Below are positions 55,169 through 63,079 of a DNA stretch of 64,000 nt, in pieces. The translations under genes and the position numbers were made by a program. The notes under the pieces are model-generated. The model was not told where the DNA came from. It saw nothing but the letters and a program-made list of their open reading frames with translations, and made no database searches. Each line of letters opens with the position of its first letter. Positions within the stretch are counted from its first letter, which is position 1. This DNA is from a virus, in IMG/VR virus record IMGVR_UViG_3300045988_129382, positions 64,001 to 128,000 of that record. One strand, 5' to 3'.

Positions 55169-55519
55169 ATGGTTAGCAATGAATTTATTCAAAGTTTATT
55201 ATTGAGATATTCTACATATTTGTTTGGTGGTAAATGTACAATAGTAGTTATGGGTGGTGCTATGGTAGTGTCATGTAAACAAATTGATGGTGGCATTGAG
55301 TATACTGCGGATTATGTCTTTGAATATGATGGTAAAGATACTGCTGATTTAGTAGGTATTGATGTTAAGATTATTGATACTATAAATGGGGTTGAATCTT
55401 TTAGTGTTCAATCTAAGAATACATGTTATAACTATAGTACATTACAATTTGTAGCACAGACAATGATTGATAATGATTTAGATTTAGTAGAGTGTGCTAA
55501 AGTTATTATTAAGGGCTAA
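55169..55519 (+). CDS. Hypothetical protein, distant member of the 51283/51760 paralog family
   Basis: 'LLRYSTYLFGGKCTIVVMGGAMVVSCKQI' aligns with the [RK]Y..(Y/V)LFG motif of the other two members. Confidence 0.55.
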   Translation: MVSNEFIQSLLLRYSTYLFGGKCTIVVMGGAMVVSCKQIDGGIEYTADYVFEYDGKDTADLVGIDVKIIDTINGVESFSVQSKNTCYNYSTLQFVAQTMIDNDLDLVECAKVIIKG

Positions 55520-55533
55520 TAGGTTGTGATAGT

Positions 55534-55692
55534 ATGGATGTGAAAGATAAAATTCTTGTAGATATACAAGAAAATAAAAAGTATAAAGATTTAGATATTG
55601 TTGGGTTTAGTGGAAGTGATGCTACTCTTATACGTAACATTTTCTCTAGATATGATGAAGATTTTAAAAAGATGGCTAAAGAGGATAATTAA
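55534..55692 (+). CDS. 52-aa ORF immediately upstream of the Doc-like gene (antitoxin-position ORF)
   Basis: Not in the supplied track because it is under 60 aa. It reads MDVKDKILVDIQENKKYKDLDIVGFSGSDATLIRNIFSRYDEDFKKMAKEDN*. Its stop lies 2 nt before the ATG at 55695. Confidence 0.4.
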   Translation: MDVKDKILVDIQENKKYKDLDIVGFSGSDATLIRNIFSRYDEDFKKMAKEDN

Positions 55693-55694
55693 CT

Positions 55695-56060
55695 ATGTTA
55701 CGTGTTAGTGTCACTGAGGTGATTTCTATGCATGAAAACGTCATAAATGTTTATGGTGGTGTTCATGGTATTAGGGATAAAGGGTTATTATCCTCTATTG
55801 TTATTGGTGTTTTTCAAACATTTGGTGGTAATGAGTTATATCCTACAGATAAAGATAAAGTTTGTAGGTTGTATTATATGTTTGTTACTAATCAAGTATT
55901 TTTAGATGGCAATAAGCGTACTGCTACAGCATTGTGTATGTTTCTTAATAAAAAGTACAGTATAAAATCAAATGTCTTTGATGTTAATAATCCTCATAGA
56001 CTATCTTTAGATGTTGCTAATGGCAACATTTCATATGATGACTTATTAGAAATGTGGTGA
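55695..56060 (+). CDS. Doc/Fic-family (death-on-curing-like) protein with a Gln in place of the motif His
   Basis: 'VISMHENVINVYGGVHGIRDKGLLSSIV...' and 'NQVFLDGNKRTA' compare with the Doc motif 'H.F.D(A/G)NKRTA'. The Gln codon CAA is at 55893-95. Confidence 0.7.
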   Translation: MLRVSVTEVISMHENVINVYGGVHGIRDKGLLSSIVIGVFQTFGGNELYPTDKDKVCRLYYMFVTNQVFLDGNKRTATALCMFLNKKYSIKSNVFDVNNPHRLSLDVANGNISYDDLLEMW

Positions 56061-56067
56061 TTAGTTT

Positions 56068-56310
56068 ATGGATATAGAATCATATAAAAATAGAGTAATT
56101 GCTAAGATAAATTCCATGTCAGATGAAGATTTAAGCATGATTTTTAGTGAGGTTCTAGATGGGTATGAAAAACCAATTCCGTTGATGGCTATACCTATTG
56201 TAGTTCCTAGTCTTAGTATTAAACGTACATTTATATTAGTGTTTAGGAGATGTAATATGTATCGAAAGTGTGGTGATGTTGTTGCGATATGCAGGACTAA
56301 AAGAAAATGA
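56068..56310 (+). CDS. Small hypothetical protein
   Basis: 80-aa ORF whose 3' end overlaps the start of nrdG. Confidence 0.45.
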   Translation: MDIESYKNRVIAKINSMSDEDLSMIFSEVLDGYEKPIPLMAIPIVVPSLSIKRTFILVFRRCNMYRKCGDVVAICRTKRK

Positions 56311-56788
56311 TATAGTCGATGGTGAAGGTATATGCGTTTCCTTTTGGGTTCAAGGCTGTTGTCATAGGTGTGATGGTTGCCATAATCCTGATACATGGGA
56401 TATTAATGGTGGTTTAGAATTATCTAATACCTATGTTGATGATATCATTAGCTTATTATCAAAGAATGGAATACAAAGAAATTTAAGTATTTTAGGCGGA
56501 GAGCCTTGTTTAGATAGCAACGTGAGTATTGTGTTACCACTTGTTAAAAAAGTTCATACAGAGGCAAAATTCTCAAAAATATACCTATGGAGTGGCTTTA
56601 CTTTTGAAGAATTACTACAACGTGATAACACAAAAGAGTTATTACAGTATATTGATGTTCTTGTAGATGGTAGGTTTGAGTTAGAGCATAGAGATATTAC
56701 ATTAAAGTTTAGGGGTTCACCAAATCAACGTGTAATAGATGTTCAAAAGTCTTTATCTAGTGGTAAAGTTGTGTTATATTGTACATAG
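56276..56788 (+). CDS. nrdG: Anaerobic RNR activating enzyme (radical SAM)
   Basis: 'IVDGEGICVSFWVQGCCHRCDGCHNPDTWD' corresponds to NrdG 'vDGpGiR..vF..GC...C.GC.N..tW'. 'LSILGGEP' is also present. Confidence 0.85.
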   Translation: MLLRYAGLKENDIVDGEGICVSFWVQGCCHRCDGCHNPDTWDINGGLELSNTYVDDIISLLSKNGIQRNLSILGGEPCLDSNVSIVLPLVKKVHTEAKFSKIYLWSGFTFEELLQRDNTKELLQYIDVLVDGRFELEHRDITLKFRGSPNQRVIDVQKSLSSGKVVLYCT

Positions 56789-56825
56789 TAGATAACATTG
56801 ATTAATATATAAAGGAGATTGTATT

Positions 56826-57329
56826 ATGACTGTTAAAATGCAAGAAGATTACAGAATTGGCGATTATGTGGGTACTTTTGGTTTAGTATGTTCTGCTTGC
56901 GATGATTTTTTACAATCATTGGAAGATGATATCGACTATAAACGTGTGAGTGATTTACATGGTATGGTAGTTATTGCAACAAATAAAGATAGAGATAAAA
57001 TTTCTTTTATTGTTAATGATGTGCGTTTTGATTATCGTGATGGTAGATTATACTTTAATGATTACATGGATGCATTGTATGAAAGACCTTATATTCTACA
57101 TTTAGTTATTGCTACTTTTAATGAAATGTTATTACATGATGTAGGTATTAGTAATAAAAGTTGTATTCAGAATTGTGTAACAGCATTTTTATTGTTACAG
57201 GGTTGGTTTGAGGATAAACGTATTTCTGATTTAGAGTATGAAATTGAAGAAAGTGATAGACGACAAGCCGCACGTGAAAATGCTGAGTTTTGGGAAGAGT
57301 ATTATTTCTTTAATCCTAATGATGTTTAA
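56826..57329 (+). CDS. Hypothetical protein
   Basis: 167-aa ORF with an AAGGAGA RBS. Confidence 0.55.
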   Translation: MTVKMQEDYRIGDYVGTFGLVCSACDDFLQSLEDDIDYKRVSDLHGMVVIATNKDRDKISFIVNDVRFDYRDGRLYFNDYMDALYERPYILHLVIATFNEMLLHDVGISNKSCIQNCVTAFLLLQGWFEDKRISDLEYEIEESDRRQAARENAEFWEEYYFFNPNDV

Positions 57330-57341
57330 TAAGAGGTGTAT

Positions 57342-57764
57342 ATGATAGGTTTAATTAATAAAATTTTGTATTACTTTGACATGATGTTGGTAAGTATTAA
57401 TAGTACTGAGGGTAGTCTTGTTAAAATTGAAAATGATTTAGGTAAAACTAAAGAGGTTGCTACTAAGGTAGTTCAGATTAGTTTAGCTATTAGTGAGATT
57501 GTAGTTCTTTTGTATAAAGTCTACGGTGTATTTTTAAACACTTCTACAGTTCTTCAAGGTGGTGCTTTGGGTGTAAGTGAAGAAAAGAATAATTCCTATA
57601 AAGCTATGAAAGACTTGCAAAAGAATGTAGATATTGAATTATTACAAGCTGTGTTAGAAGATAGTACAACTGTACCTGATAGTTTCATTGATAAGTTGCA
57701 TGCTGATGTAGAGGCTTATAAAGATAAATTAAATAGTCGAGTTGAAGCACGTAGTGATAACTAA
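57342..57764 (+). CDS. Hypothetical protein
   Basis: ATG at 57342 after an AAGAGG RBS. Confidence 0.55.
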   Translation: MIGLINKILYYFDMMLVSINSTEGSLVKIENDLGKTKEVATKVVQISLAISEIVVLLYKVYGVFLNTSTVLQGGALGVSEEKNNSYKAMKDLQKNVDIELLQAVLEDSTTVPDSFIDKLHADVEAYKDKLNSRVEARSDN

Positions 57765-57782
57765 TTAATAGGAGATTAAATT

Positions 57783-58154
57783 ATGTTATTATATTTTGCT
57801 TTGGATGATGAAGACACTTGTTTCCATTCTTCTAAGATTTTTAACAATCTTGAAGACTTATATAAAGAGTTAATGGATTATCGTAAGAATGTACATTTTG
57901 TTTATAGTGTTACATTGTACGTCTATGATACTAATAGCAATAAGGGTTGTACTATTATCATTATGGCTAATGATATTACATCTCTTTCATTTGACGTTTT
58001 AAAGTCATATGTTGGTATTTTTACTGAATATTATTATAGAGATGATATGGTTGTTACATCTATTAAGTGTGATATTGTAGGTGATGGTTGCGGCAACTTT
58101 GGGTATGATTACGTAACAGTTACTTTTGATGATGAGTCTGAATTAAGATTGTAA
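57783..58154 (+). CDS. Hypothetical protein
   Basis: 123-aa ORF with a TAGGAGA RBS. Confidence 0.55.
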   Translation: MLLYFALDDEDTCFHSSKIFNNLEDLYKELMDYRKNVHFVYSVTLYVYDTNSNKGCTIIIMANDITSLSFDVLKSYVGIFTEYYYRDDMVVTSIKCDIVGDGCGNFGYDYVTVTFDDESELRL

Positions 58155-58161
58155 AGTAGAT

Positions 58162-58209
58162 AAATACGCTAATGTGTGGTACAATAGTACTGTATATTAG
58201 CGTATTTTT
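58162..58209 (+). terminator. Rho-independent terminator (long loop)
   Basis: AAATACGCTAAT / ATTAGCGTATTT 12-bp stem with a 22-nt loop, followed by a T-run. Confidence 0.55.
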
Positions 58210-58215
58210 ATTAGA

Positions 58216-58515
58216 TTGGTGGTGAATTATTTGGTTGAGACAATATTGCAGTTAATTTCTTGTCATTTAATTGGTGATTATGTACTACAGAGTGAGTTCT
58301 TGGCAACAACTAAAGGGGAGAACTATTATCATCTTTTTGTACATTGTTTCTTGTATTGCATACCTTTTTGTGTGTTATTTGGGTTTTCTGTACATATCGT
58401 ATCCATTTTTGTGGTACATTTGATTGTAGATAATCTTAAAGCTAGGTATAATGCAATAAATTATGTTGAAGACCAATTAATTCATTATTTGGTTTTAGTA
58501 CAGTTCTTATTGTAG
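58216..58515 (+). CDS. Small integral membrane protein (DUF3307-like)
   Basis: 'HLIGDYVLQS' followed by several hydrophobic helices. TTG start; the start codon is uncertain. Confidence 0.5.
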   Translation: MVVNYLVETILQLISCHLIGDYVLQSEFLATTKGENYYHLFVHCFLYCIPFCVLFGFSVHIVSIFVVHLIVDNLKARYNAINYVEDQLIHYLVLVQFLL

Positions 58516-58527
58516 AAAGGTTGGGTT

Positions 58528-59106
58528 TTGGTTTTGGGTATTGATTTGTCTAAAGTATCAATTAATATTAAGGATATTTCTGATGATACAAAGAGAGGTT
58601 TTGAGGTGTGTTCTAGTGGTGTAGAGTTTGATTGTAAGTTACCTACTAGGAGTACTACGCATAGTGCTGGGTATGATTTCTATGCTCCGTATGATGTTGT
58701 AATTCCATCATTATGGAAACAGGTAGGTAAGTATCTATTACATTCATTATTACATTTCTCTCTTAATAGTTATAAAGAAGTTATTAGACCTACAATGATT
58801 AAAACATATATTAAATCATATATGGGAGATGATGAGGTGCTATATATTTATAATCGTTCATCTAGTCCAATCAAGAAAGGTTTGATTTTATCTAACTCCG
58901 TTGGGGTTGTGGATAGCGATTTTTACAACAATGAAGATAATGAGGGTAACATTGGTGTGGCTTTCTATAATTTCTATCCTTTTGATGTTACGATTGAAAA
59001 AGGTGATAGGGTTTGTCAGGGTGTATTCGCTAAATTTTTAAAGGCTACAAATGATACTGTTCTTAACAATACACGTGGTGGTGGTTGTGGTAGTACTGGT
59101 AAATAG
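58528..59106 (+). CDS. dut: dUTP diphosphatase (trimeric dUTPase) with an internal insertion
   Basis: Motifs 'SAGYDFYA', 'NRSSS', 'GVVDSDFYNNEDNEGNIG', 'RVCQGVF' and 'RGGGCGSTGK'. About 30 extra residues lie between motifs 1 and 2. Confidence 0.85.
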   Translation: MVLGIDLSKVSINIKDISDDTKRGFEVCSSGVEFDCKLPTRSTTHSAGYDFYAPYDVVIPSLWKQVGKYLLHSLLHFSLNSYKEVIRPTMIKTYIKSYMGDDEVLYIYNRSSSPIKKGLILSNSVGVVDSDFYNNEDNEGNIGVAFYNFYPFDVTIEKGDRVCQGVFAKFLKATNDTVLNNTRGGGCGSTGK

Positions 59107-59123
59107 GTTTTGGTGAGGTAGTT

Positions 59124-59405
59124 ATGGTTCTAAATAAAGTAGAGATTTCATATGATAATATTGAAAATAACAATATTAAATATGATACTAAGAAAGCGTT
59201 GTCTATGATTTTAGATGATGATACAAATAAAGAGGGTACATCTTTTATGATTAACCCTAAGGCTTTAAATTCATTATTGAAAGCCTTAGAGAGTGTTAAT
59301 GCAGTTGATAAGATTGCAATTATACCTACTATTTATAAAGGTGATTGTATGTATATTATCACTAAATGTTTTGGTAGGGTTGATGCTTTATTATGTTCTG
59401 AGTAG
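59124..59405 (+). CDS. Small hypothetical protein
   Basis: 93-aa ORF with a GGTGAGG RBS. Confidence 0.55.
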   Translation: MVLNKVEISYDNIENNNIKYDTKKALSMILDDDTNKEGTSFMINPKALNSLLKALESVNAVDKIAIIPTIYKGDCMYIITKCFGRVDALLCSE

Positions 59406-59414
59406 GTGGTAGGT

Positions 59415-59972
59415 ATGAAGTATTTTATTTCTGATTTACATCTAAATAAGAATGGTATTAATAAAGTGTCTGGTGTAGATTCACAATTACATAATCATTT
59501 TGTATCTACAATGTGGAATACAGTTATTACAGATGATGATGAGGTCTATATCGTTGGTGGTGTTGGCGATTTATCATTACTAAGCACTTTAAATGGTAGT
59601 AAGATTGTATTGATTGGTAAGTCAGATTTAGATAGGTTCAGTCAGTATGTGTCATCTGTGTCCACTAAGAGGGATGCAATTCTTGATAAGGAAATGTATC
59701 AAACATATTGTAAGAATGAATTTAATGTACAGGTTTTATTTAGAGATACATTAGAAGTCACTTTATGTACTAATGAGATTATTAGGCTGTGTGTTGATTA
59801 TGAAAATGCTACAACGTCTAAGATGTTTACATTGGCTAGTGGTATTGGTAATTATCAGAGGTTATTTGGTAGTGGGATGAATTTAAGTTCATTTGTTAAC
59901 GGCTATAAACCTGTTTCTGAGTATGATATTATTTCAAGTATTCGGAGGGGTTCAGATGAATTACTTTACTAA
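59415..59972 (+). CDS. Degenerate metallophosphoesterase-like protein
   Basis: 'YFISDLHLNKNG' (DxH motif) and 'VGGVGD' (GD motif). The GNHD motif is replaced by 'GKSD'. Confidence 0.35.
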   Translation: MKYFISDLHLNKNGINKVSGVDSQLHNHFVSTMWNTVITDDDEVYIVGGVGDLSLLSTLNGSKIVLIGKSDLDRFSQYVSSVSTKRDAILDKEMYQTYCKNEFNVQVLFRDTLEVTLCTNEIIRLCVDYENATTSKMFTLASGIGNYQRLFGSGMNLSSFVNGYKPVSEYDIISSIRRGSDELLY

Positions 59973-60207
59973 ACATAAAGATAAGTTTCTTAGGTTAGTG
60001 TCTTTATTTATCAAATATCTACTATTTTATATAGCATCTATTGTTTTCTTTGAGTGTTTTCTGTTCTTATTGTCTTTGATTATTGGTTCAGATGCTTATA
60101 TCTCATTTAGAATAATTGTTAATGTAGTAGAGTTCTTTGAGACTGCATTATTTATTATAATGATTCCTATTCTTTTCTTTTGTGAAGTATTCAATGTGGG
60201 TTTTTAG
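59956..60207 (+). CDS. Small membrane protein
   Basis: ATG at 59956 after a GGAGGGG RBS. Two to three hydrophobic helices. Confidence 0.5.
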   Translation: MNYFTKHKDKFLRLVSLFIKYLLFYIASIVFFECFLFLLSLIIGSDAYISFRIIVNVVEFFETALFIIMIPILFFCEVFNVGF

Positions 60208-60228
60208 GTTAATGGTGGTGATGGTTAA

Positions 60229-60807
60229 TTGGTAGATGGTAAGATACTATTCTTATGTGGTAAGGGTGGTACAGGTAAAGATAGTGTGATGGGTTGTTTG
60301 GTACAGAAATATCCTGATGATTTTGAAAGGTTTGTTATTACAACAACAAGACCTATGCGTGATGGTGAGGTTGATGGTGTTGACTATCATTTCTGCAATA
60401 GGGAAGACTTCGCACGTAAAGTGGTAAATAATGAGTTTTGTATTGTCGAGTATTATAATGTAGTTAATGGCAACTCAAATTATTATGGTGTAGGTGATAT
60501 ACCTAATAATAACGATAAAGTATATGTTCTTTGTGGTACAAATACTCAATATGATAAATTGAAAGCTAGATATGGCGATAGGGTTATTGGTGTGTATCTG
60601 TATAATACAGCATATACAAGTTTAACACGTATGTTATCTAGGCTTAGAGATAGGAAAGAAGCTAATGTGTTAGAGGCTTGTCGTAGGGTATTATCAGATA
60701 GTCAAGATTATATGTATATTGATTTTAAGTCTTTTAATTTATTGATTAATACAGAAGATTGTACATTAGCTGATGAAGTTTCTTTAATACATAAGTTATT
60801 TGAGTAG
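60229..60807 (+). CDS. Guanylate-kinase-like nucleotide kinase
   Basis: P-loop 'LCGKGGTGKDSV' and 'TTTRPMRDGEVDGVDYHF', which corresponds to GMP kinase 'tTR.pR.gE.dG.dY.F'. TTG start. Confidence 0.7.
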   Translation: MVDGKILFLCGKGGTGKDSVMGCLVQKYPDDFERFVITTTRPMRDGEVDGVDYHFCNREDFARKVVNNEFCIVEYYNVVNGNSNYYGVGDIPNNNDKVYVLCGTNTQYDKLKARYGDRVIGVYLYNTAYTSLTRMLSRLRDRKEANVLEACRRVLSDSQDYMYIDFKSFNLLINTEDCTLADEVSLIHKLFE

Positions 60808-60818
60808 AGAGGTGTTCT

Positions 60819-61739
60819 ATGAAGGTAGCTTATTTAAGTGATATTCGGATTAATAATCTTGTGGGAGAAGAGACTTGGCTTAATGAGTCCTTTGATTATT
60901 TTAGTTCAATTATGGCTCAGTTTATTAGTCGTTATTCTGATACGATTGATTATTTAATTCTAAATGGTGGGATATATTCTGATAGTACTAGATTTCTTGA
61001 ATTTGTTGATTTTCTAGACACTTCGTTTACATCTCATGATATACATACAAAAGTACTTTTTAATGTAAGTAATATAGAGTATTATAGTAATTCAGTCTTT
61101 GTAGATAAGGTAGGTCAGTTTTATGATACTGATAAGAAGTTTAAAAATCATAGATTATATCTACCACGTAATCCTATCATAACTAAAGATACATGGATAT
61201 TTGGTGTTGATACATGGTATGACTATTCTCTATATAGAGGTAAACCTATTTCTTTAAAAGATATTACTAAGAAAGATAATCGTGGTTTCTTTGGTAAGTT
61301 GTTTAATAAACGAGTTAACCTAGATAACTTTAATATAACAGATGAGAGTGATTATGCTTTTGGGTTACAAAATACTTTTGATGTGAAGCATACAAATGAT
61401 TGTGTAGATTCCTTTAGGCATATATGTGATAGGTATGATAGAACTATTGCACAACCCACTAACAAAGTTGCTTGTGGTTATTTTTATAGCAATGCTTTGT
61501 TTTTAAGTGATAATCCTAAAAGGGATGGGTATAATGATGCTTTCAGTGGTAGCTTTAAGTTTGATGATACATTTAAATCTCATGGTATCACTGAGTATGT
61601 GTGTGGGAAAGCAAGTTCTTATCGTAGTCATATTACTATGGATGGTATTATGTATAGGAATAGTGCTACAACATTACGTAAAAAAGGTTTCATTACAACA
61701 GATTGTGTGTTAGGTGATGTGTTGGTAGTTGATTATTGA
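60819..61739 (+). CDS. Hypothetical protein (possibly a degenerate phosphoesterase)
   Basis: 'KVAYLSDIRINN' resembles the DxH motif but with His replaced by Arg. This is weak evidence. Confidence 0.45.
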   Translation: MKVAYLSDIRINNLVGEETWLNESFDYFSSIMAQFISRYSDTIDYLILNGGIYSDSTRFLEFVDFLDTSFTSHDIHTKVLFNVSNIEYYSNSVFVDKVGQFYDTDKKFKNHRLYLPRNPIITKDTWIFGVDTWYDYSLYRGKPISLKDITKKDNRGFFGKLFNKRVNLDNFNITDESDYAFGLQNTFDVKHTNDCVDSFRHICDRYDRTIAQPTNKVACGYFYSNALFLSDNPKRDGYNDAFSGSFKFDDTFKSHGITEYVCGKASSYRSHITMDGIMYRNSATTLRKKGFITTDCVLGDVLVVDY

Positions 61740-61785
61740 TAATTGTTATCAACGCTGATTTGGTTTAGGTTAATGGTGGTAGCTT

Positions 61786-62586
61786 ATGAAAGTTATTGAC
61801 GTAGATAGTATTTTAGAACATAAGAAGAGTATAGCGTACAATACTAATAATGAGAGATACTTATCTAAGCTAGAGGTTTTACAGGTTTTATATGATGAGT
61901 TACCTAGTGTTTGTGATTTACGTGCTGATAGTGTGTTAGATTCTAGTAAGTATGTTCAACTAGCTAGACACTATATCTATAAGAATTATCGGTTACTTAG
62001 GTATAGTGATATTAATAAGTTAGGGTTAAAAAACTCTTTGACTCCTTTTCATCATAACTTTATTAAAAATATGGGTGGTGCTGTGTTGGTTATTTTTAAT
62101 ACACTAAATAATAAACCAGTATCATGTGTATTTAGGGGAATAACAGAAAAAGAGTTCATAGATTATAGTGCATTACAATCTATGTATGGCTTTGATATGA
62201 TAGACCCTAATTTTAAGTATGGTGATTGGATAGTTATTGTTGAGGGTTTATATGACGCTGATGTATTGCGTTCAATATATCCTAATGTGTTAGCAATGCA
62301 GACATCTAATGTTAACTCATTACAGGGCGAGATATTGTTATCTATGACAAATAAATTTATTGTAGCATTTGACAGCGATACAGCTGGTAGTGTTGGTTTT
62401 GATAAAGCGTATCATAGGTTAAAACGTGACAATACAATCGTACAAAGGTTACAAGTGTATGGAAATGATAAAGACGTTGGCATGTTGGAAGAGTTTATAC
62501 ATAATAATGATGAATATTCTAAACGTAAGACGTATTATACAAATACAATAGATGAATTAAGGAAAGGTAGTATACTGGGATGGTAG
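61786..62586 (+). CDS. TOPRIM-domain primase-like protein
   Basis: 'IVIVEGLYDADVL...FIVAFDSDTAGSVGF' gives the TOPRIM Glu and DxD motifs. Confidence 0.6.
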   Translation: MKVIDVDSILEHKKSIAYNTNNERYLSKLEVLQVLYDELPSVCDLRADSVLDSSKYVQLARHYIYKNYRLLRYSDINKLGLKNSLTPFHHNFIKNMGGAVLVIFNTLNNKPVSCVFRGITEKEFIDYSALQSMYGFDMIDPNFKYGDWIVIVEGLYDADVLRSIYPNVLAMQTSNVNSLQGEILLSMTNKFIVAFDSDTAGSVGFDKAYHRLKRDNTIVQRLQVYGNDKDVGMLEEFIHNNDEYSKRKTYYTNTIDELRKGSILGW

Positions 62587-63005
62587 ACAATCAAGATACA
62601 AAACAAGATAAAAAAGTAGTTGCTTTTGCTGATAAAGGTAGTAAAGAGTTAAATCATAGCGTTAAACGTAAAGAGTTTGTTGAGGTTATGGAACAGATTT
62701 TTGAGCGTATGAATGAGACAAATCATTATTTGATGGAAGATATCAATTCTATGTACGCTAATCAAGTATTCCCTGTACAAATGGGACATGCTGTAATTGA
62801 GGAGTTGTTGGTTGAAAAAGGTATTATCACTAAAGAAGAGATTGATGAGGCTTTAGAAAAACGTAAACAACAGTTATTAGAAAAAGCTAAGGCGATTAAA
62901 ACAAATGAAAATGGCGATGAAGAGTTAGCTAATGATGAGGAGTCTAAGGCTATTGAAAATGAAGCTGTTTTAAATGCTATGGCTGATACAGAAAGCACTA
63001 CATAA
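62580..63005 (+). CDS. Hypothetical acidic protein
   Basis: 141-aa ORF overlapping the upstream stop. Followed by a terminator. Confidence 0.55.
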   Translation: MVDNQDTKQDKKVVAFADKGSKELNHSVKRKEFVEVMEQIFERMNETNHYLMEDINSMYANQVFPVQMGHAVIEELLVEKGIITKEEIDEALEKRKQQLLEKAKAIKTNENGDEELANDEESKAIENEAVLNAMADTESTT

Positions 63006-63031
63006 GATAAATAAAAAATATAAGTTTACAT

Positions 63032-63063
63032 AATGCATAGTTGAGATATACTATGCATTTTTT
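63032..63063 (+). terminator. Rho-independent terminator
   Basis: AATGCATAGT / ACTATGCATT 10-bp stem running into TTTTTT. Confidence 0.75.
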
Positions 63064-63079
63064 GTTGTAGGTGGTGTAT

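Noticed and set aside
56227-56242. Possible NrdR box (ACATTTATATTAGTGT) upstream of nrdG
   Set aside because: Only the outer ACA...TGT and a few inner positions match. The central CwAtATaTwG core is shifted or mismatched (about 10 of 16 positions), there is no partner box at 21 or 31-32 bp, and it lies inside ORF 56068-56310.
58149-58185. Promoter formed by TTGTAA (58149-54) and TGgTACAAT (58177-85)
   Set aside because: The spacer would be 25 nt, far from the 16-18 nt optimum. The extended -10 alone might function, but it sits in the loop of the terminator hairpin, so I did not call a promoter.
3418-61713. Nested + strand ORFs in alternative frames (3418-3609, 11862-12068, 23905-24093, 27658-27849, 33078-33266, 47805-47999, 59893-59955 extension, 61507-61713)
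   Set aside because: They are embedded out of frame in well-supported genes, have no RBS, and give hydrophobic low-complexity translations. For 23905-24093, the overlapping 23949-24131 frame has the strong AGAGGAGA RBS.
2174-62998. All minus-strand ORFs in the supplied track (e.g. 2174-2527, 4531-4719, 7049-7415, 9877-10131, 14774-15007, 22874-23143, 29875-30361, 39033-39506, 39997-40446, 41710-41928, 49216-49506, 56061-56396, 62762-62998)
   Set aside because: Each lies entirely inside a longer, motif-supported or RBS-preceded + strand gene. None has its own RBS or promoter context, and their products are low-complexity Ser/Leu/Ile-rich shadows, as expected from antisense reading of AT-rich codons. 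The pair 39033-39506 and 41710-41928 looks 'conserved' only because it is antisense to the identical 255-bp MTase block.
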